A DNA stretch of 64,000 bases from Tolypothrix carrinoi HA7290-LM1 (GCA_019358935.1 JAHHIK010000001.1:96001-160000), one strand, 5' to 3'. Counted from the first letter of the stretch, positions 1 to 10,319 are shown. Notes: generated from the letters alone by a model not told the origin. A program made the numbers and translations.

Positions 1-71
1 GACGCAAACGCCGTTCCGTCAACTTAAGCGATGACGGTATATTAGTTTCCACCTCCACTGAAGATAGCTGA
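1..71 (+). CDS. Possible 3' end of an upstream gene truncated by the window edge (..RKRRSVNLSDDGILVSTSTEDS*)
   Basis: Frame starting at base 3 is open to TGA at 69-71. It lies just upstream of an MbtH-like gene. Identity cannot be determined. Confidence 0.3.
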   Translation, partial: RKRRSVNLSDDGILVSTSTEDS

Positions 72-341
72 GAAAACATTCAAAACTAAAATCAACGAAT
101 TTATGACTTACACAAAAACCTCTCTAACTCTCAACTTCTGTGTCCTCCGCGCCTCTGTGAGTCCAGCCCCCGTCTTCTCCCAAAGGGAGAGGCTAGCGCC
201 AAGGCGGTTTCCGTCACGATGGGGGACTGGCGAACCCGTTCGCGCAGCGTCTCCCTTTGGGAGAAGGGCGGTTCGTTTTCCGTAACATAAGCGTAAGTAA
301 GTCTTAAAGTTTATCTTAAACCGTAAAGGAGCTAAAAAACC

Positions 342-563
342 ATGAATAACAACGAACAAAACGACGATACTATCTATCTTGTAGTAGTCAATCATGAAGA
401 ACAATATTCAATTTGGGCTAAATGGAAAAAAGAACTGCCATTAGGATGGAAAGCTGTAGGCAAAGAAGGCTCAAAAGATGAATGTTTAGCCTATATCGAA
501 GAAGTGTGGACTGATATGCGTCCCCTGAGTTTGCGTCAAGCTATGCAAGAAAAATCAACTTGA
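342..563 (+). CDS. mbtH: MbtH-like protein (NRPS adenylation-domain partner)
   Basis: Signature [12 protein letters not shown]...P.GW...[21 protein letters not shown], 73 aa. Confidence 0.95.
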   Translation: MNNNEQNDDTIYLVVVNHEEQYSIWAKWKKELPLGWKAVGKEGSKDECLAYIEEVWTDMRPLSLRQAMQEKST

Positions 564-631
564 ATAATTACGTAGTGAGCGCTTCAGCGCTCAATAAAGC
601 ACTGAAGTGCTTACTACAATTTAAGAATAAT

Positions 632-1381
632 ATGAGCAAAATTCCAAAGATAATCCATCAGATTTTTTTTCTCGGAGAAGCAGCGGTACCTGAAAACTAT
701 CAGCGTTATCACCAAACCGTTCTGAAACATCATCCGAATTGGGAACACCGATTTTGGGATGAAGCACAATGCCATAAATTTATGGAAGAGAATTATTCCT
801 GGTTTCTACCAGTGTATGATTCTTATCCTCATAAAATTCAGCGTTGCGACGCCATACGCTATTTCATACTCCATCATTATGGGGGATTTTATATTGATAT
901 GGATATTGAATGCCTCAAACCAATTGACGATTTGCTAGAAGATTTTGAAATTGTTCTCTCAAAACTGGTTTGCTTCAGCAATGCGATTATGGGTAGTATT
1001 CCCGGACACCCACTTTGGCTAAATGTGTTTGATGAATTAATAAAACGTAAAGATAATCCAGCCGAAAACACAAATAACTTTTTTAAGAATACTATGCCTT
1101 ATTATGTGGGCTACAGTACTGGTCCAATTTTATTGAATGATTGCGTAGTAGCAGGTAAATTTCACGAAAGCAATACAGTTCGTGTTTGTCCGGGATACAT
1201 TTTTGAACCGGGTGCGCCAATGGAAATTAACGGTAAAATTTTCAAAAGTAAGCTAACGTCAGAGTCTTATACCATACACCACATGACCACATCTTGGCTT
1301 CCTGCTCACCACCAGATAACCAGAGTTATATTCGATATTTTTTTACAACCCTACTGGATGTTTCGCTCTTTACGTTCGTAA
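632..1381 (+). CDS. Glycosyltransferase, DXD sugar-binding (GT32/Och1-like) family
   Basis: IPKIIHQI, D.IRY.IL..YGG.YIDMD and Y.IHH...SW motifs. ATG at 632 preferred because the extension from 560 runs through a dispersed palindrome. Confidence 0.85.
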   Translation: MSKIPKIIHQIFFLGEAAVPENYQRYHQTVLKHHPNWEHRFWDEAQCHKFMEENYSWFLPVYDSYPHKIQRCDAIRYFILHHYGGFYIDMDIECLKPIDDLLEDFEIVLSKLVCFSNAIMGSIPGHPLWLNVFDELIKRKDNPAENTNNFFKNTMPYYVGYSTGPILLNDCVVAGKFHESNTVRVCPGYIFEPGAPMEINGKIFKSKLTSESYTIHHMTTSWLPAHHQITRVIFDIFLQPYWMFRSLRS

Positions 1382-1577
1382 AAAGGTATAAATTAAGGTA
1401 TAAATTTAGTAATTTTTTGTATTAGGTCATGTTGCTAGTTTGATGTAAGTTATCAACTTGTGTTTAGAGATACTCAATAAATCTCTAAAAAGCAAATATG
1501 TAGCAATCCAAAAAGCTCATAGCTAACAGAAGTTTTTGACTTCGCAGTTATCGTCAAAGAAGCGATAAACATCAACT

Positions 1578-1721
1578 ATGAAACGTGAAACCCTAGTAGA
1601 ATTAGTTGCCCGTACTGTAATTGAGTTTGAGAAACGCGAGGCACTGCTACAAAAACAACAAGAGTCGGTACAACAGCAAAAACAGGACAAACCTAAACCC
1701 CGCAAGTCCAAAGCTGCCTAG
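1578..1721 (+). CDS. Small 47-aa basic/coiled-coil ORF convergent with the recombinase (not in ORF track)
   Basis: ATG 1578 to TAG 1721: MKRETLVELVARTVIEFEKREALLQKQQESVQQQKQDKPKPRKSKAA. Its stop abuts the recombinase stop at 1723. Confidence 0.5.
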   Translation: MKRETLVELVARTVIEFEKREALLQKQQESVQQQKQDKPKPRKSKAA

Positions 1722-1722
1722 C

Positions 1723-3276
1723 CTAATATAAATGCAGCAATTTGACCGCAGTGACTTTGTTGCCATCTACCGTTATTTTTCTTATGCACCCTTTAAGTAA
1801 AGCTTGTTTATCTTGCGGTTCTAAACTTTGCCAATACCTCTGATTTGAAAATGCGACAACAATCCGTTCTTTGGCAATTAGGTATTGTTTAGAAGTGTCA
1901 CTTGTGGTAGCGATCGCATCCGCAATCTGCTTTAAAATATCTTCCTTCGCTTTTTCAATCGCTGGATTTGATGGTAAAGCATCGAGGGTATTCAAAGATG
2001 CCCGCAGAATCTTAACTTCTGCGGGTTCTTCTGTCACTTGAACTTCTTGCTCTACTAGTGCTGCTAACCTTTCAGCTTCTCGTACCAGCCATTCGATGAC
2101 TTGCTTTTCTAGTTCATCATTAGAAATCATCCGCTTGTTGTCGCAAGCTCCAGTCCGGTAAAAACTGCATTGGTAATGATGGCGAATTAATCCGGTGCGT
2201 TTTACCAATTTCTTCGATTGGCGACTGTAAGCAGCCCCACAATGAGCGCATTTAACTAAATTAGCAAATACGTTGGTATATTTCTGCTCGTTTGCCCAGC
2301 GATTATTGCGATTTTCTCGAATCATCGCTTTTACCCGCTCGTGTTCCTCACGGGTAATAATAATTTCATCGTGAGTTTCCCAGGCAACTTCCCACTCATC
2401 AAAGGGCTTGCGATGCCCTCCGCTGTACTGGACTGTATCATATGCCGTTCCCCCTGCATAGATCGGATTCACCAACTGCGATCGCAAACCAGAAACTGAC
2501 CATTTCAATCCGGTGTGCGGATAACGCAGATTTAGTCCAGAACCGCGAGTTTTATTAATATTTTCAATCGCTATTTCTTCTACTCCAAGTACATTATTTC
2601 TGTTATTTTTTGATTTTGAAACTGCCTGAGCCTGAATTCCAAAAATATCATGCAATTGTCTAGCAGTCTCTGACACTGTACCCACACTAAAAAAAATATC
2701 AAACACAAATCGCGCCAATTGGGAAACATTCATTTCTGACTTATTCGCAATTAAGCAAACGCACGGACGGTTATCTTTGACGTACTTCTGTCCATCTGTT
2801 ATATACCCTAATGGTGCGTTCCAATGTGGCTTTTTATTCGCCTTGCGAGTTTCGCGTTCTTTTTTTACCCGCATCGCTAACATTTTCACCTCATACTTTG
2901 CTGCTGCTAACCGCACATCAATTGTTAGTTCTCCACCAATACTCGACATTTCAAACGGCTCATCAATTGCTGTCGGTTGAATACCTTTTTTCTTTAAAGC
3001 ATCCATCAACCGATAAAACATTATTGATGACGACGTTAAACGGTCGATGCGGATAAATAACAACTTTGAGACTTTACCAAATGCGTTAGCATCCACATCC
3101 GAAATCAACTGCAAAAGACCTTTGCGCTTATCGCTAGTACGACTCTCGACATCGTAATATATTTTCGTGGCTCCAGCACTCCGCAAACGACGCATCTGTT
3201 TAATTAACGCCCCTTCATCCTCCGCTTGTTCTTCAGTCGATACCCTCGCATAAGCCCAAACTTCCATATACCGCAC
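1723..3276 (-). CDS. xisF: Large serine recombinase, XisF-like excisase (here associated with nifK)
   Basis: N-terminal YARVS catalytic motif, R.DR.. motif, recombinase domain, Zn ribbon CAHCG..HYQC..C, coiled coil; 517 aa. The symbol denotes the family only. Confidence 0.9.
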   Translation of the reverse strand: MRYMEVWAYARVSTEEQAEDEGALIKQMRRLRSAGATKIYYDVESRTSDKRKGLLQLISDVDANAFGKVSKLLFIRIDRLTSSSIMFYRLMDALKKKGIQPTAIDEPFEMSSIGGELTIDVRLAAAKYEVKMLAMRVKKERETRKANKKPHWNAPLGYITDGQKYVKDNRPCVCLIANKSEMNVSQLARFVFDIFFSVGTVSETARQLHDIFGIQAQAVSKSKNNRNNVLGVEEIAIENINKTRGSGLNLRYPHTGLKWSVSGLRSQLVNPIYAGGTAYDTVQYSGGHRKPFDEWEVAWETHDEIIITREEHERVKAMIRENRNNRWANEQKYTNVFANLVKCAHCGAAYSRQSKKLVKRTGLIRHHYQCSFYRTGACDNKRMISNDELEKQVIEWLVREAERLAALVEQEVQVTEEPAEVKILRASLNTLDALPSNPAIEKAKEDILKQIADAIATTSDTSKQYLIAKERIVVAFSNQRYWQSLEPQDKQALLKGCIRKITVDGNKVTAVKLLHLY

Positions 3277-3318
3277 CTCACAGCAATATATAAATATTAC
3301 CTGATAGTGAGCGCATTG

Positions 3319-3578
3319 GTTCTTTGCTGTTCACAGAACCCGTAGACTTGCTCATCGGTAACTCCTACGGTAAGTACCTGTGGCGCGATTGCAAAGTTCC
3401 CCTGGTTCGTATCGGCTATCCCATCATGGATCGTCACCACATGCACCGTTACGCCACCGTCGGTTATCAAGGCGTAATCAACTTGCTCAACTGGGTTGTT
3501 AACACCGTGTTCGAGGACATCGATCACAACACCAACATTCCTTCCAAGACCGATATTTCTTACGACTTAATTCGTTAG
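3319..3578 (+). CDS. nifK: 3' fragment of nitrogenase MoFe protein beta chain (interrupted gene)
   Basis: SLLFTEPVDLLIGNSYGKYLWRD..PLVRIGYPIMDRHH..GYQG..SYDLIR is the NifK C-terminus; it precedes nifE. Confidence 0.95.
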
Positions 3579-3600
3579 AAATTTCATCTTCGCCTGCCAC

Positions 3601-3760
3601 AAAAGGAAAAGGAGTAAGGTGACTGGGTAGTGGGTAGTGGGTAGTGGTTAGTAGCTAGTGGATAAATGTTGATTGTTAACCGTCAACGAACAAATAACAA
3701 TTAACAACTAACCACTATCCACTAACAACCCCCCAGCACCTACTTTTCCTTTTTCCTTTT
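3601..3760. repeat. STRR tract arranged as a long inverted repeat downstream of nifK
   Basis: AAAAGGAAAAGGAGTAAGGTG (3601-3621) is approximately complementary to CACCTACTTTTCCTTTTTCCTTTT (3737-3760). They enclose GTGGGTA/GTGGTTA and ACTAACC-type heptamers. Confidence 0.7.
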
Positions 3761-3783
3761 AGCTGTTTCTTGAGGTTTCTATT

Positions 3784-4134
3784 ATGAAATCTATAACTCC
3801 CGCTCACGAGCACAATCACACTCACGCTCATCCCCACCCTAATTTACGTCCACCCAAATATAAGAAACCCGGCTCATTTGATATTCTATCTCCTTTGCGC
3901 CGGATGGTGGATAACGCCCAACTTAAAAATGCTCGCATCGCTCATCTAATCTGCACAATCATTCCTTGCTGTTGCCCATTTGAGCGAAGCATAAACTTAT
4001 TTGGACGGATTTTACACATCCCCCCACTGTGCAAACTTAATCCCCTATACGATGAGTTTGTCGGATTGCGTTTCCGTGCCTTAGCTTATCTTACTGATGT
4101 ATGTGGCGAAGATGTCACAAAATATATTTGTTAA
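3784..4134 (+). CDS. Mo-dependent nitrogenase C-terminal domain protein
   Basis: A..IC..IP..CPFER.I.LFGR..HIPPLCKLNPLYDE.VGLRFRAL.YL.D.CGED motif; lies between nifK and nifE. Confidence 0.85.
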   Translation: MKSITPAHEHNHTHAHPHPNLRPPKYKKPGSFDILSPLRRMVDNAQLKNARIAHLICTIIPCCCPFERSINLFGRILHIPPLCKLNPLYDEFVGLRFRALAYLTDVCGEDVTKYIC

Positions 4135-4330
4135 TAGTTAGTGGTTAGTGGATATTGGTTAGTAGTTAGTGGGGATTTGAAGAGGGGAAAAGGGGAAAGG
4201 GAAAAGGGGAAAGGGGAAAGAATTATTACCAATGCCCAATGCCCAATGCCCAATGCCCAATGCCCAACAAACAACAAACAACAAACAACAACTAACAAAC
4301 AACAACTAACAAACAACAATTAACTACTTA
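4135..4330. repeat. STRR heptamer tracts (GTGGTTA, GGGAAAA, AATGCCC, AACAACT/A)
   Basis: Visible tandem 7-mers. Confidence 0.9.
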
Positions 4331-4357
4331 CAACTTCCATCCAGCGCGAGGAATGAA

Positions 4358-5887
4358 ATGAAAATTACCCAAGGCAAAATTAACGAGCTGCTCAGTGAAA
4401 CCGGATGCGAACATAACAGCCAGAAACATGGAGAAAAGAAAAATAAATCTTGCACGCAACAAGCACAACCAGGAGCAGCTCAAGGGGGATGCGCTTTTGA
4501 TGGTGCAATGATTGCCCTAGTGCCAATTACTGATGCTGCTCATTTAGTCCACGGTCCGATCGCCTGCGCTGGTAATTCTTGGGGAAGTCGTGGTAGTCTC
4601 TCTAGTGGTCCTCAGCTTTACAAAATGGGTTTCACCACCGATTTAAGCGAAAATGATGTCATCTTCGGTGGCGAAAAGAAGCTCTACAAAGCCATTTTGG
4701 AATTGCAACAACGCTACAACCCGACGGCGATATTTGTCTATACTACTTGTGTCCCCGCTTTAACTGGCGATGATATCGATGCAGTTTGCAAAGCTGCGGC
4801 TGAAAAAACAGGAAAGCCTGTTGTCCCCGTAGTTTCCCCAGGTTTCATTGGTAGCAAAAATCTCGGTAATCGCTTTGGCGGTGAAGCTTTATTAGAATAC
4901 GTTGTTGGTACTCGCGAACCTGAGTATACAACGCCACTAGACATTAATCTCATCGGTGAGTACAACATCGCTGGGGAAATGTGGCCAGTTCTGAAATTAT
5001 TTGAAAAACTCGGCATCCGCGTTTTGTCAAAAATCACTGGTGATGCTCGTTACGATGAAGTTTGTCACGCTCACCGCGCCAAGCTGAATGTAATGATTTG
5101 CTCGAAAGCGTTGCTCAACATGGCGAGAAAGATGGAAGAGCGCTACGGCATTCCTTACATTGAAGAGTCATTTTACGGTGTAGATGACATGAACCGCTGT
5201 TTGCGGAATGTTGCCGCTAAGTTAGGCGATGAAGATTTAAAACAACGCACCGAAAAGCTAATCGCTGAAGAAACCGCCGCTCTAGATTTAGCACTAGCTC
5301 CTTACCGCGCTCGACTCAAAGGCAAGCGAGTTGTCCTTTATACCGGAGGCGTAAAGAGTTGGTCGATTATCTCCGCAGCTAAAGACTTGGGAATAGAAGT
5401 TGTTGCTACCAGTACTAGAAAGAGTACGGAAGAAGACAAAGCCCGAATCAGAAAGTTAATCGGTAACGATGGCATCATGATGGAAAAGGGCAACGCTAAA
5501 GAACTGCTAAAACTAGTTAAAGATACGAAAGCTGATATGTTGATTGCGGGTGGTCGCAATCAATACACCGCTCTGAAAGCGCGGATTCCTTTCTTAGATA
5601 TTAACCAAGAACGCCATCATCCTTACGCAGCTTATGTGGGGATGGTAGAGATGGCAAGAGAACTGTATGAGGCTCTCTACAGCCCTGTGTGGGAGCAAAT
5701 CCGCAAACCTGCACCGTGGGATGAGGACATGGGGACAAGGAGACAAGGGGACAAGGGGACAAGGGGACAAGGGGGACAAGGGGGACAAGGGGGAATTTCT
5801 TCGTTGTCTTCCCCCTCTCCCACTCCCCCATCCCCCCCCTCTCCCACTCTCCCCCTCTCCCCCTCGGCTTCATTGGAGGATAGCTAA
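4358..5887 (+). CDS. nifE: Nitrogenase FeMo-cofactor scaffold NifE with repeat-derived C-terminal tail
   Basis: [33 protein letters not shown] and FLDINQER motifs. Confidence 0.98.
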   Translation: MKITQGKINELLSETGCEHNSQKHGEKKNKSCTQQAQPGAAQGGCAFDGAMIALVPITDAAHLVHGPIACAGNSWGSRGSLSSGPQLYKMGFTTDLSENDVIFGGEKKLYKAILELQQRYNPTAIFVYTTCVPALTGDDIDAVCKAAAEKTGKPVVPVVSPGFIGSKNLGNRFGGEALLEYVVGTREPEYTTPLDINLIGEYNIAGEMWPVLKLFEKLGIRVLSKITGDARYDEVCHAHRAKLNVMICSKALLNMARKMEERYGIPYIEESFYGVDDMNRCLRNVAAKLGDEDLKQRTEKLIAEETAALDLALAPYRARLKGKRVVLYTGGVKSWSIISAAKDLGIEVVATSTRKSTEEDKARIRKLIGNDGIMMEKGNAKELLKLVKDTKADMLIAGGRNQYTALKARIPFLDINQERHHPYAAYVGMVEMARELYEALYSPVWEQIRKPAPWDEDMGTRRQGDKGTRGQGGQGGQGGISSLSSPSPTPPSPPSPTLPLSPSASLEDS

Positions 5888-7194
5888 TGGCGATCGTTAC
5901 TGTTCCTAACAAATCACTGACTGTTAATCCCCTGAAGCAAAGCCAAGCTTTGGGTGCATCTTTAGCCTTTTTGGGTTTAAAGGGGACAATCCCTTTATTC
6001 CACGGTTCCCAAGGCTGTACTGCTTTTGCGAAAGTTGTTTTGGTGCGACATTTCCGGGAAGCGATTCCCCTTGCGACGACAGCGATGACGGAAGTTACCA
6101 CTATTTTGGGTGGTGAGGAGAATGTCGAACAGGCAATTCTCACGCTGGTGGAGAAGTCAAACCCAGAAATTATCGGTTTATGTACCACTGGTTTGACGGA
6201 AACCAGAGGTGATGACATGGAGGGTTTCCTGAAGGAAATCCGCCAACGTCATCCAGAATTGGATCGTTTGGCGATAATTTTTGCCCCGACTCCAGATTTT
6301 AAAGGTGCGCTACAAGACGGTTTTGCTGCCGCAGTTGAAAGTATAGTAACAGAAGTTCCCCAAGAAGGTAAGACCAAACCAGACCAAATTACGATTTTGG
6401 CGGGTTCTGCTTTCACACCAGGGGATATACAGGAAGTAAAAGAGATTATCACTGCCTTTGGACTAAAGCCGATCTTTGTGCCTGACCTTTCCGCTTCATT
6501 AGATGGTCACTTAGATGATTCTTATAGTGCGATAACAGGTGGTGGTACGACTCTGGCAGAATTGCGAGAAATAGGTAGTTCGGCGTTTACTTTAGCGCTG
6601 GGTGAGAGTATGAGGGGTGCAGCAGAGATTTTACAACAACGGTTTGCTATACCCTACGAGTTGTTTAGTGAACTGACTGGTTTGGAAGCGATGGACGAGT
6701 TTTTACAAGCTTTGTCAGACCTTAGTGGTGTTAGTGTACCAGAAAAATATCGCCGCCAACGCCGTCAGTTACAAGATGCAATGTTGGATACGCACTTTTA
6801 TTTTGGTGCGAAGCGTGTTTCTTTGGCGTTGGAACCGGATTTACTTTGGTCAATAGTGCGTTTTCTGCAATCGATGGGGACGCAAGTACATGCTGCGGTG
6901 ACGACAACGCGATCGCCTTTATTAGAAAAACTCCCGGTCAAAAATGTAACTATCGGTGATTTGGAGGATTTTGAGGAATTAGCGGTAGGTTCTGATTTGC
7001 TGATGGGTAACTCTAATGTGAAAGCGATCGCGCTTCGTCTTTCAATTCCTCTTTATCGTTTGGGTATTCCGATTTATGACCGCTTGGGTAATGGTCAGTT
7101 TACCAAAGTTGGTTATCGAGGCACTATGCAGCTTTTGTTTGATATTGGCAATTTGTTTTTGGAGCTGGAAGAATCAAGGGTTATTGGTCATTAG
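5887..7194 (+). CDS. nifN: Nitrogenase FeMo-cofactor scaffold NifN
   Basis: NPLKQSQ.LGA..HGSQGCTAFAKV..RHFRE.IPL; start overlaps the nifE stop (TAATG). Confidence 0.98.
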   Translation: MAIVTVPNKSLTVNPLKQSQALGASLAFLGLKGTIPLFHGSQGCTAFAKVVLVRHFREAIPLATTAMTEVTTILGGEENVEQAILTLVEKSNPEIIGLCTTGLTETRGDDMEGFLKEIRQRHPELDRLAIIFAPTPDFKGALQDGFAAAVESIVTEVPQEGKTKPDQITILAGSAFTPGDIQEVKEIITAFGLKPIFVPDLSASLDGHLDDSYSAITGGGTTLAELREIGSSAFTLALGESMRGAAEILQQRFAIPYELFSELTGLEAMDEFLQALSDLSGVSVPEKYRRQRRQLQDAMLDTHFYFGAKRVSLALEPDLLWSIVRFLQSMGTQVHAAVTTTRSPLLEKLPVKNVTIGDLEDFEELAVGSDLLMGNSNVKAIALRLSIPLYRLGIPIYDRLGNGQFTKVGYRGTMQLLFDIGNLFLELEESRVIGH

Positions 7195-7252
7195 ACAAGG
7201 TGCATAAATCTTATTTTCTCACGCAGAGGCGCAGAGGCGCAAAGAAGACAAA

Positions 7253-7666
7253 ATGAAAATTGCTTTCACGACTAATGATAGGGTTCATATTAATGCTCAC
7301 TTTGGTTCGACGAAGGAAATTGATGTTTATGAAATCTCTGATGAGGGATATCAATTTGTCGAAACTCTCACGTTTGCGGGTGAGTTGAAAGAGGATGGTA
7401 ATGAGGATAAGTTAGCACCAAAGCTTGAGGCTTTAGCTGATTGTACGATTGTTTATGTGACGGCGATTGGTGGGAGTGCAGCAGCTCGATTGATCAAGAA
7501 ACATGTGACACCAATTAAAGCGCGATCGGAAGAAGAAGAGATTGCTGAGGTGTTGAATAAGTTGGTGACAACTCTCAAAGGAAATCCTCCACCTTGGCTG
7601 CGTAAAGCCTTACAACAAAAAACCTCTAATTTTGAAGATGGGTTGGAAGAGGAAGCAACTGTATGA
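7253..7666 (+). CDS. nifX: NifX
   Basis: MKIAF.T.D...INAHFG, IGGSAAARL and PPPWLRKA motifs. Confidence 0.97.
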   Translation: MKIAFTTNDRVHINAHFGSTKEIDVYEISDEGYQFVETLTFAGELKEDGNEDKLAPKLEALADCTIVYVTAIGGSAAARLIKKHVTPIKARSEEEEIAEVLNKLVTTLKGNPPPWLRKALQQKTSNFEDGLEEEATV

Positions 7667-8139
7667 CCGTAAATAATAGTGTTAATGGAACCGCTCAAAG
7701 CGATATTTTAAACGCACCTTTCCTGAAGACATTAATCAGCCAAATCCGGGGTCAAGATAGCTATGGATTTTACCGTAGTTGGTCGGATGAGTTGATTCTG
7801 AAACCTTTTGTTGTCACTAAACAAAAGAAACGCGAAATCTCTCTTGAGGGTGAAGTAGATCCGGCAACTCAAGCCCGGATTATGGTATTTTTTCGAGCTA
7901 TAGCTGCCAGTATTGAAAAGGAAACAAATCTCATTTCTCAAGTTGTGGTTGATTTGAACCATGAAGGATTTGGCTGGGTGCTAGTATTTTCTGGTCGTCT
8001 TTTGTTAGTTAAAAGAACTTTGCGAGATGCTCACCGCTTTGGCTTTGACTCTTTAGAAAAGTTGGCAGAAGAAGGAGAAAATCTAGTAGCAAAAGGTCTG
8101 GAATTAGCGAAAAATTTTCCGGAAGCTAGCAAATTGTAA
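7663..8139 (+). CDS. NifX-associated nitrogen fixation protein (DUF269)
   Basis: QIRGQDSYG, HEGFG, LRDAHRFGF motifs; follows nifX. Confidence 0.92.
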   Translation: MTVNNSVNGTAQSDILNAPFLKTLISQIRGQDSYGFYRSWSDELILKPFVVTKQKKREISLEGEVDPATQARIMVFFRAIAASIEKETNLISQVVVDLNHEGFGWVLVFSGRLLLVKRTLRDAHRFGFDSLEKLAEEGENLVAKGLELAKNFPEASKL

Positions 8140-8221
8140 GAAGTTAGGTAGAGACGTTCCGGCGGAACGTCTGTACAGGAGCAGCTCATCATTCATAACT
8201 TTTGTATAAAGGGAGATGCTT

Positions 8222-8436
8222 ATGGCGCAAGTGGAAGAAACAAGTGTTGAGGAGCTAAAAACTCAAATTAAACGCCTCAATAGTAAAGCAGGTCAAATGA
8301 AAATGGATCTGCACGATTTAGCTGAGGGTTTACCCACAGATTACAAAACACTTATGGATGTTGCTGCGAGTACTTATGAAATATATCGTCAGTTAGATGA
8401 ACTGAAACAACAAGTAAAGAAATTGGAGCAGCAAAA

Positions 8437-8440
<4 letters not shown>
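8222..8440 (+). CDS. CCE_0567/DUF683 family nif-associated small protein
   Basis: KMDLHDLAEGLP motif; lies between DUF269 and nifW. Confidence 0.88.
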
Positions 8441-8754
<314 letters not shown>

Positions 8755-8764
8755 GAGGTAAAAA

Positions 8765-9568
8765 TTGGTTAACCTGACGCCTACCGAGTTAGAACGTTAC
8801 AGCCGCCAAATGATGCTCCCTAATTTTGGCGAACTGGCTCAGAAGCGCCTTAAGTCAGCGACTGTTCTGGTTACAGGTGTGGGGGGATTGGGTGGTACGG
8901 CAGCGCTTTATTTAGCAGTAGCGGGTGTCGGAAAACTAATCCTAGTCCGGGGTGGCGATCTGCGACTTGATGATATGAATCGTCAGGTTCTCATGACGGA
9001 TGATTGGGTAGGTAAGCCAAGGGTATTCAAAGCACAGGAGACTTTGCAAGCCATTAATCCTGATGTCCAGATAGAAGCAGTTCATGATTATATCACCCCA
9101 GAAAATGTGGATTCGCTGGTGCAATCGGCGGATATGGCTCTCGATTGCGCTCACAATTTTACGGAGCGCAATTTGCTAAATGAAGCTTGCGTGCGCTGGC
9201 GCAAACCGATGGTGGAAGCGGCTATGGACGGTATGGAGGCTTATCTGACAACGATTATTCCTGGTGTGACTCCTTGTTTGTCTTGTCTGTTTCCCGAAAA
9301 ACCTGATTGGGATCGCCGTGGTTTTTCTGTTATCGGTGCTGTTTCTGGAACATTGGCTTGTCTGACAGCGCTGGAAGCTGTCAAGTTGATCACTGGGTTT
9401 AGTCAGCCTTTGTTGTCGCAATTGCTGACTATAGATTTTACCAGGATGGAATTTGCCAAGCGCCGTTCTCAGCGCGATCGCTCTTGTGCGGTGTGTGGTA
9501 ACAACGCACCCTGGCGATATGTGCAGTCCCAAGATATGGAAACTACCAGTATGGGGACTAGGGATTAG
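8765..9568 (+). CDS. hesA: HesA (ThiF/MoeB family)
   Basis: ERYSRQ, GVGGLG, two CxxC motifs; follows nifW. Confidence 0.95.
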   Translation: MVNLTPTELERYSRQMMLPNFGELAQKRLKSATVLVTGVGGLGGTAALYLAVAGVGKLILVRGGDLRLDDMNRQVLMTDDWVGKPRVFKAQETLQAINPDVQIEAVHDYITPENVDSLVQSADMALDCAHNFTERNLLNEACVRWRKPMVEAAMDGMEAYLTTIIPGVTPCLSCLFPEKPDWDRRGFSVIGAVSGTLACLTALEAVKLITGFSQPLLSQLLTIDFTRMEFAKRRSQRDRSCAVCGNNAPWRYVQSQDMETTSMGTRD

Positions 9569-9722
9569 GTAATGGGTAATGGGTAATGGGGATTTGAAGA
9601 GGGGAAAGGGACTCATGGGAAAAGCCGAATTACCAATGCCCAATGCCCAATGCCCAATGCCCAATGCCCAATTACCAATTACCAATTCCCAATTCCCAAT
9701 TCCCAATTCCCAATTCCCAATC
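9550..9722. repeat. STRR tract (GGTAATG / AATGCCC / AATTCCC)
   Basis: Tandem heptamers between hesA and hesB. Confidence 0.9.
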
Positions 9723-9779
9723 CTTCCGCACCAAAGACATTTTATCAGAACAATTAATCGCAACTTATCAGGAGATTTG

Positions 9780-10154
9780 ATGACTGTTACTTTGACAGAA
9801 AAAGCAGAATTTCGCCTGCGGTCATTTCTGGTCGGTTCTACACCCAGTAATAATGCAGTGGCGACTAAAGGTGTCCGTCTTTCTGTTAAAGATGGCGGTT
9901 GCAGTGGCTATGAGTATGCAATTGAGATCACCAGCAAACCACAACCAGATGATTTAGTGATTTCGCAAGGGGAGGTGCTGCTTTACGTTGATGCGAAAAG
10001 TGCGCCTTTATTAGAAGGTATAGTAATCGATTTCATCGACGGTGTGATGGAAAGCGGCTTTAAGTTTACCAATCCCAATGCAACTGGTAACTGCAATTGT
10101 GGCAAGTCATTTAAAGCTGGTGACTGTACGCCTAATGGTGTACCTTGCAACTAA
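9780..10154 (+). CDS. hesB: HesB / IscA-family Fe-S assembly protein
   Basis: GGCSGYEY and NPNA...CNCGKSF motifs. ATG 9780 follows GGAG; the upstream ORF extension is STRR. Confidence 0.95.
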   Translation: MTVTLTEKAEFRLRSFLVGSTPSNNAVATKGVRLSVKDGGCSGYEYAIEITSKPQPDDLVISQGEVLLYVDAKSAPLLEGIVIDFIDGVMESGFKFTNPNATGNCNCGKSFKAGDCTPNGVPCN

Positions 10155-10319
10155 AACAATTCAAAATTCATTCATGATAAAACCCACATCTGATAAGAAT
10201 TTTAGATTGGGTAGTTTGGATTTTGAATTTTAAACAACTACACAAGTAGGGAGTTTTTACATTCCACTTTTGTGGAGTCATTAAACCTGATTGTATTAAA
10301 GTCTGAGGAGAATCACGAA

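Larger units (their letters stand above)
1..3320. mobile_element. Right-hand part of a nifK-interrupting (heterocyst excision-type) element; left end outside the window
   Basis: NifK similarity starts abruptly at ~3319-3321 (tct ttg ctg ttc aca gaa = SLLFTE). The same frame is closed by TAA at 3291-3293. A XisF-like serine recombinase starts ~45 bp inside the junction. Confidence 0.85.

Noticed and set aside
3297..3527. Minus-strand ORF overlapping the nifK fragment
   Set aside because: Antisense shadow of the nifK coding sequence.
4131..4323. Short ORFs over repeat tracts (also 103-404, 5594-5909, 9176-9763, 37358-37696, 39598-39783, 55917-56253)
   Set aside because: Low-complexity translations of heptamer or SDR repeats, or antisense to real genes.
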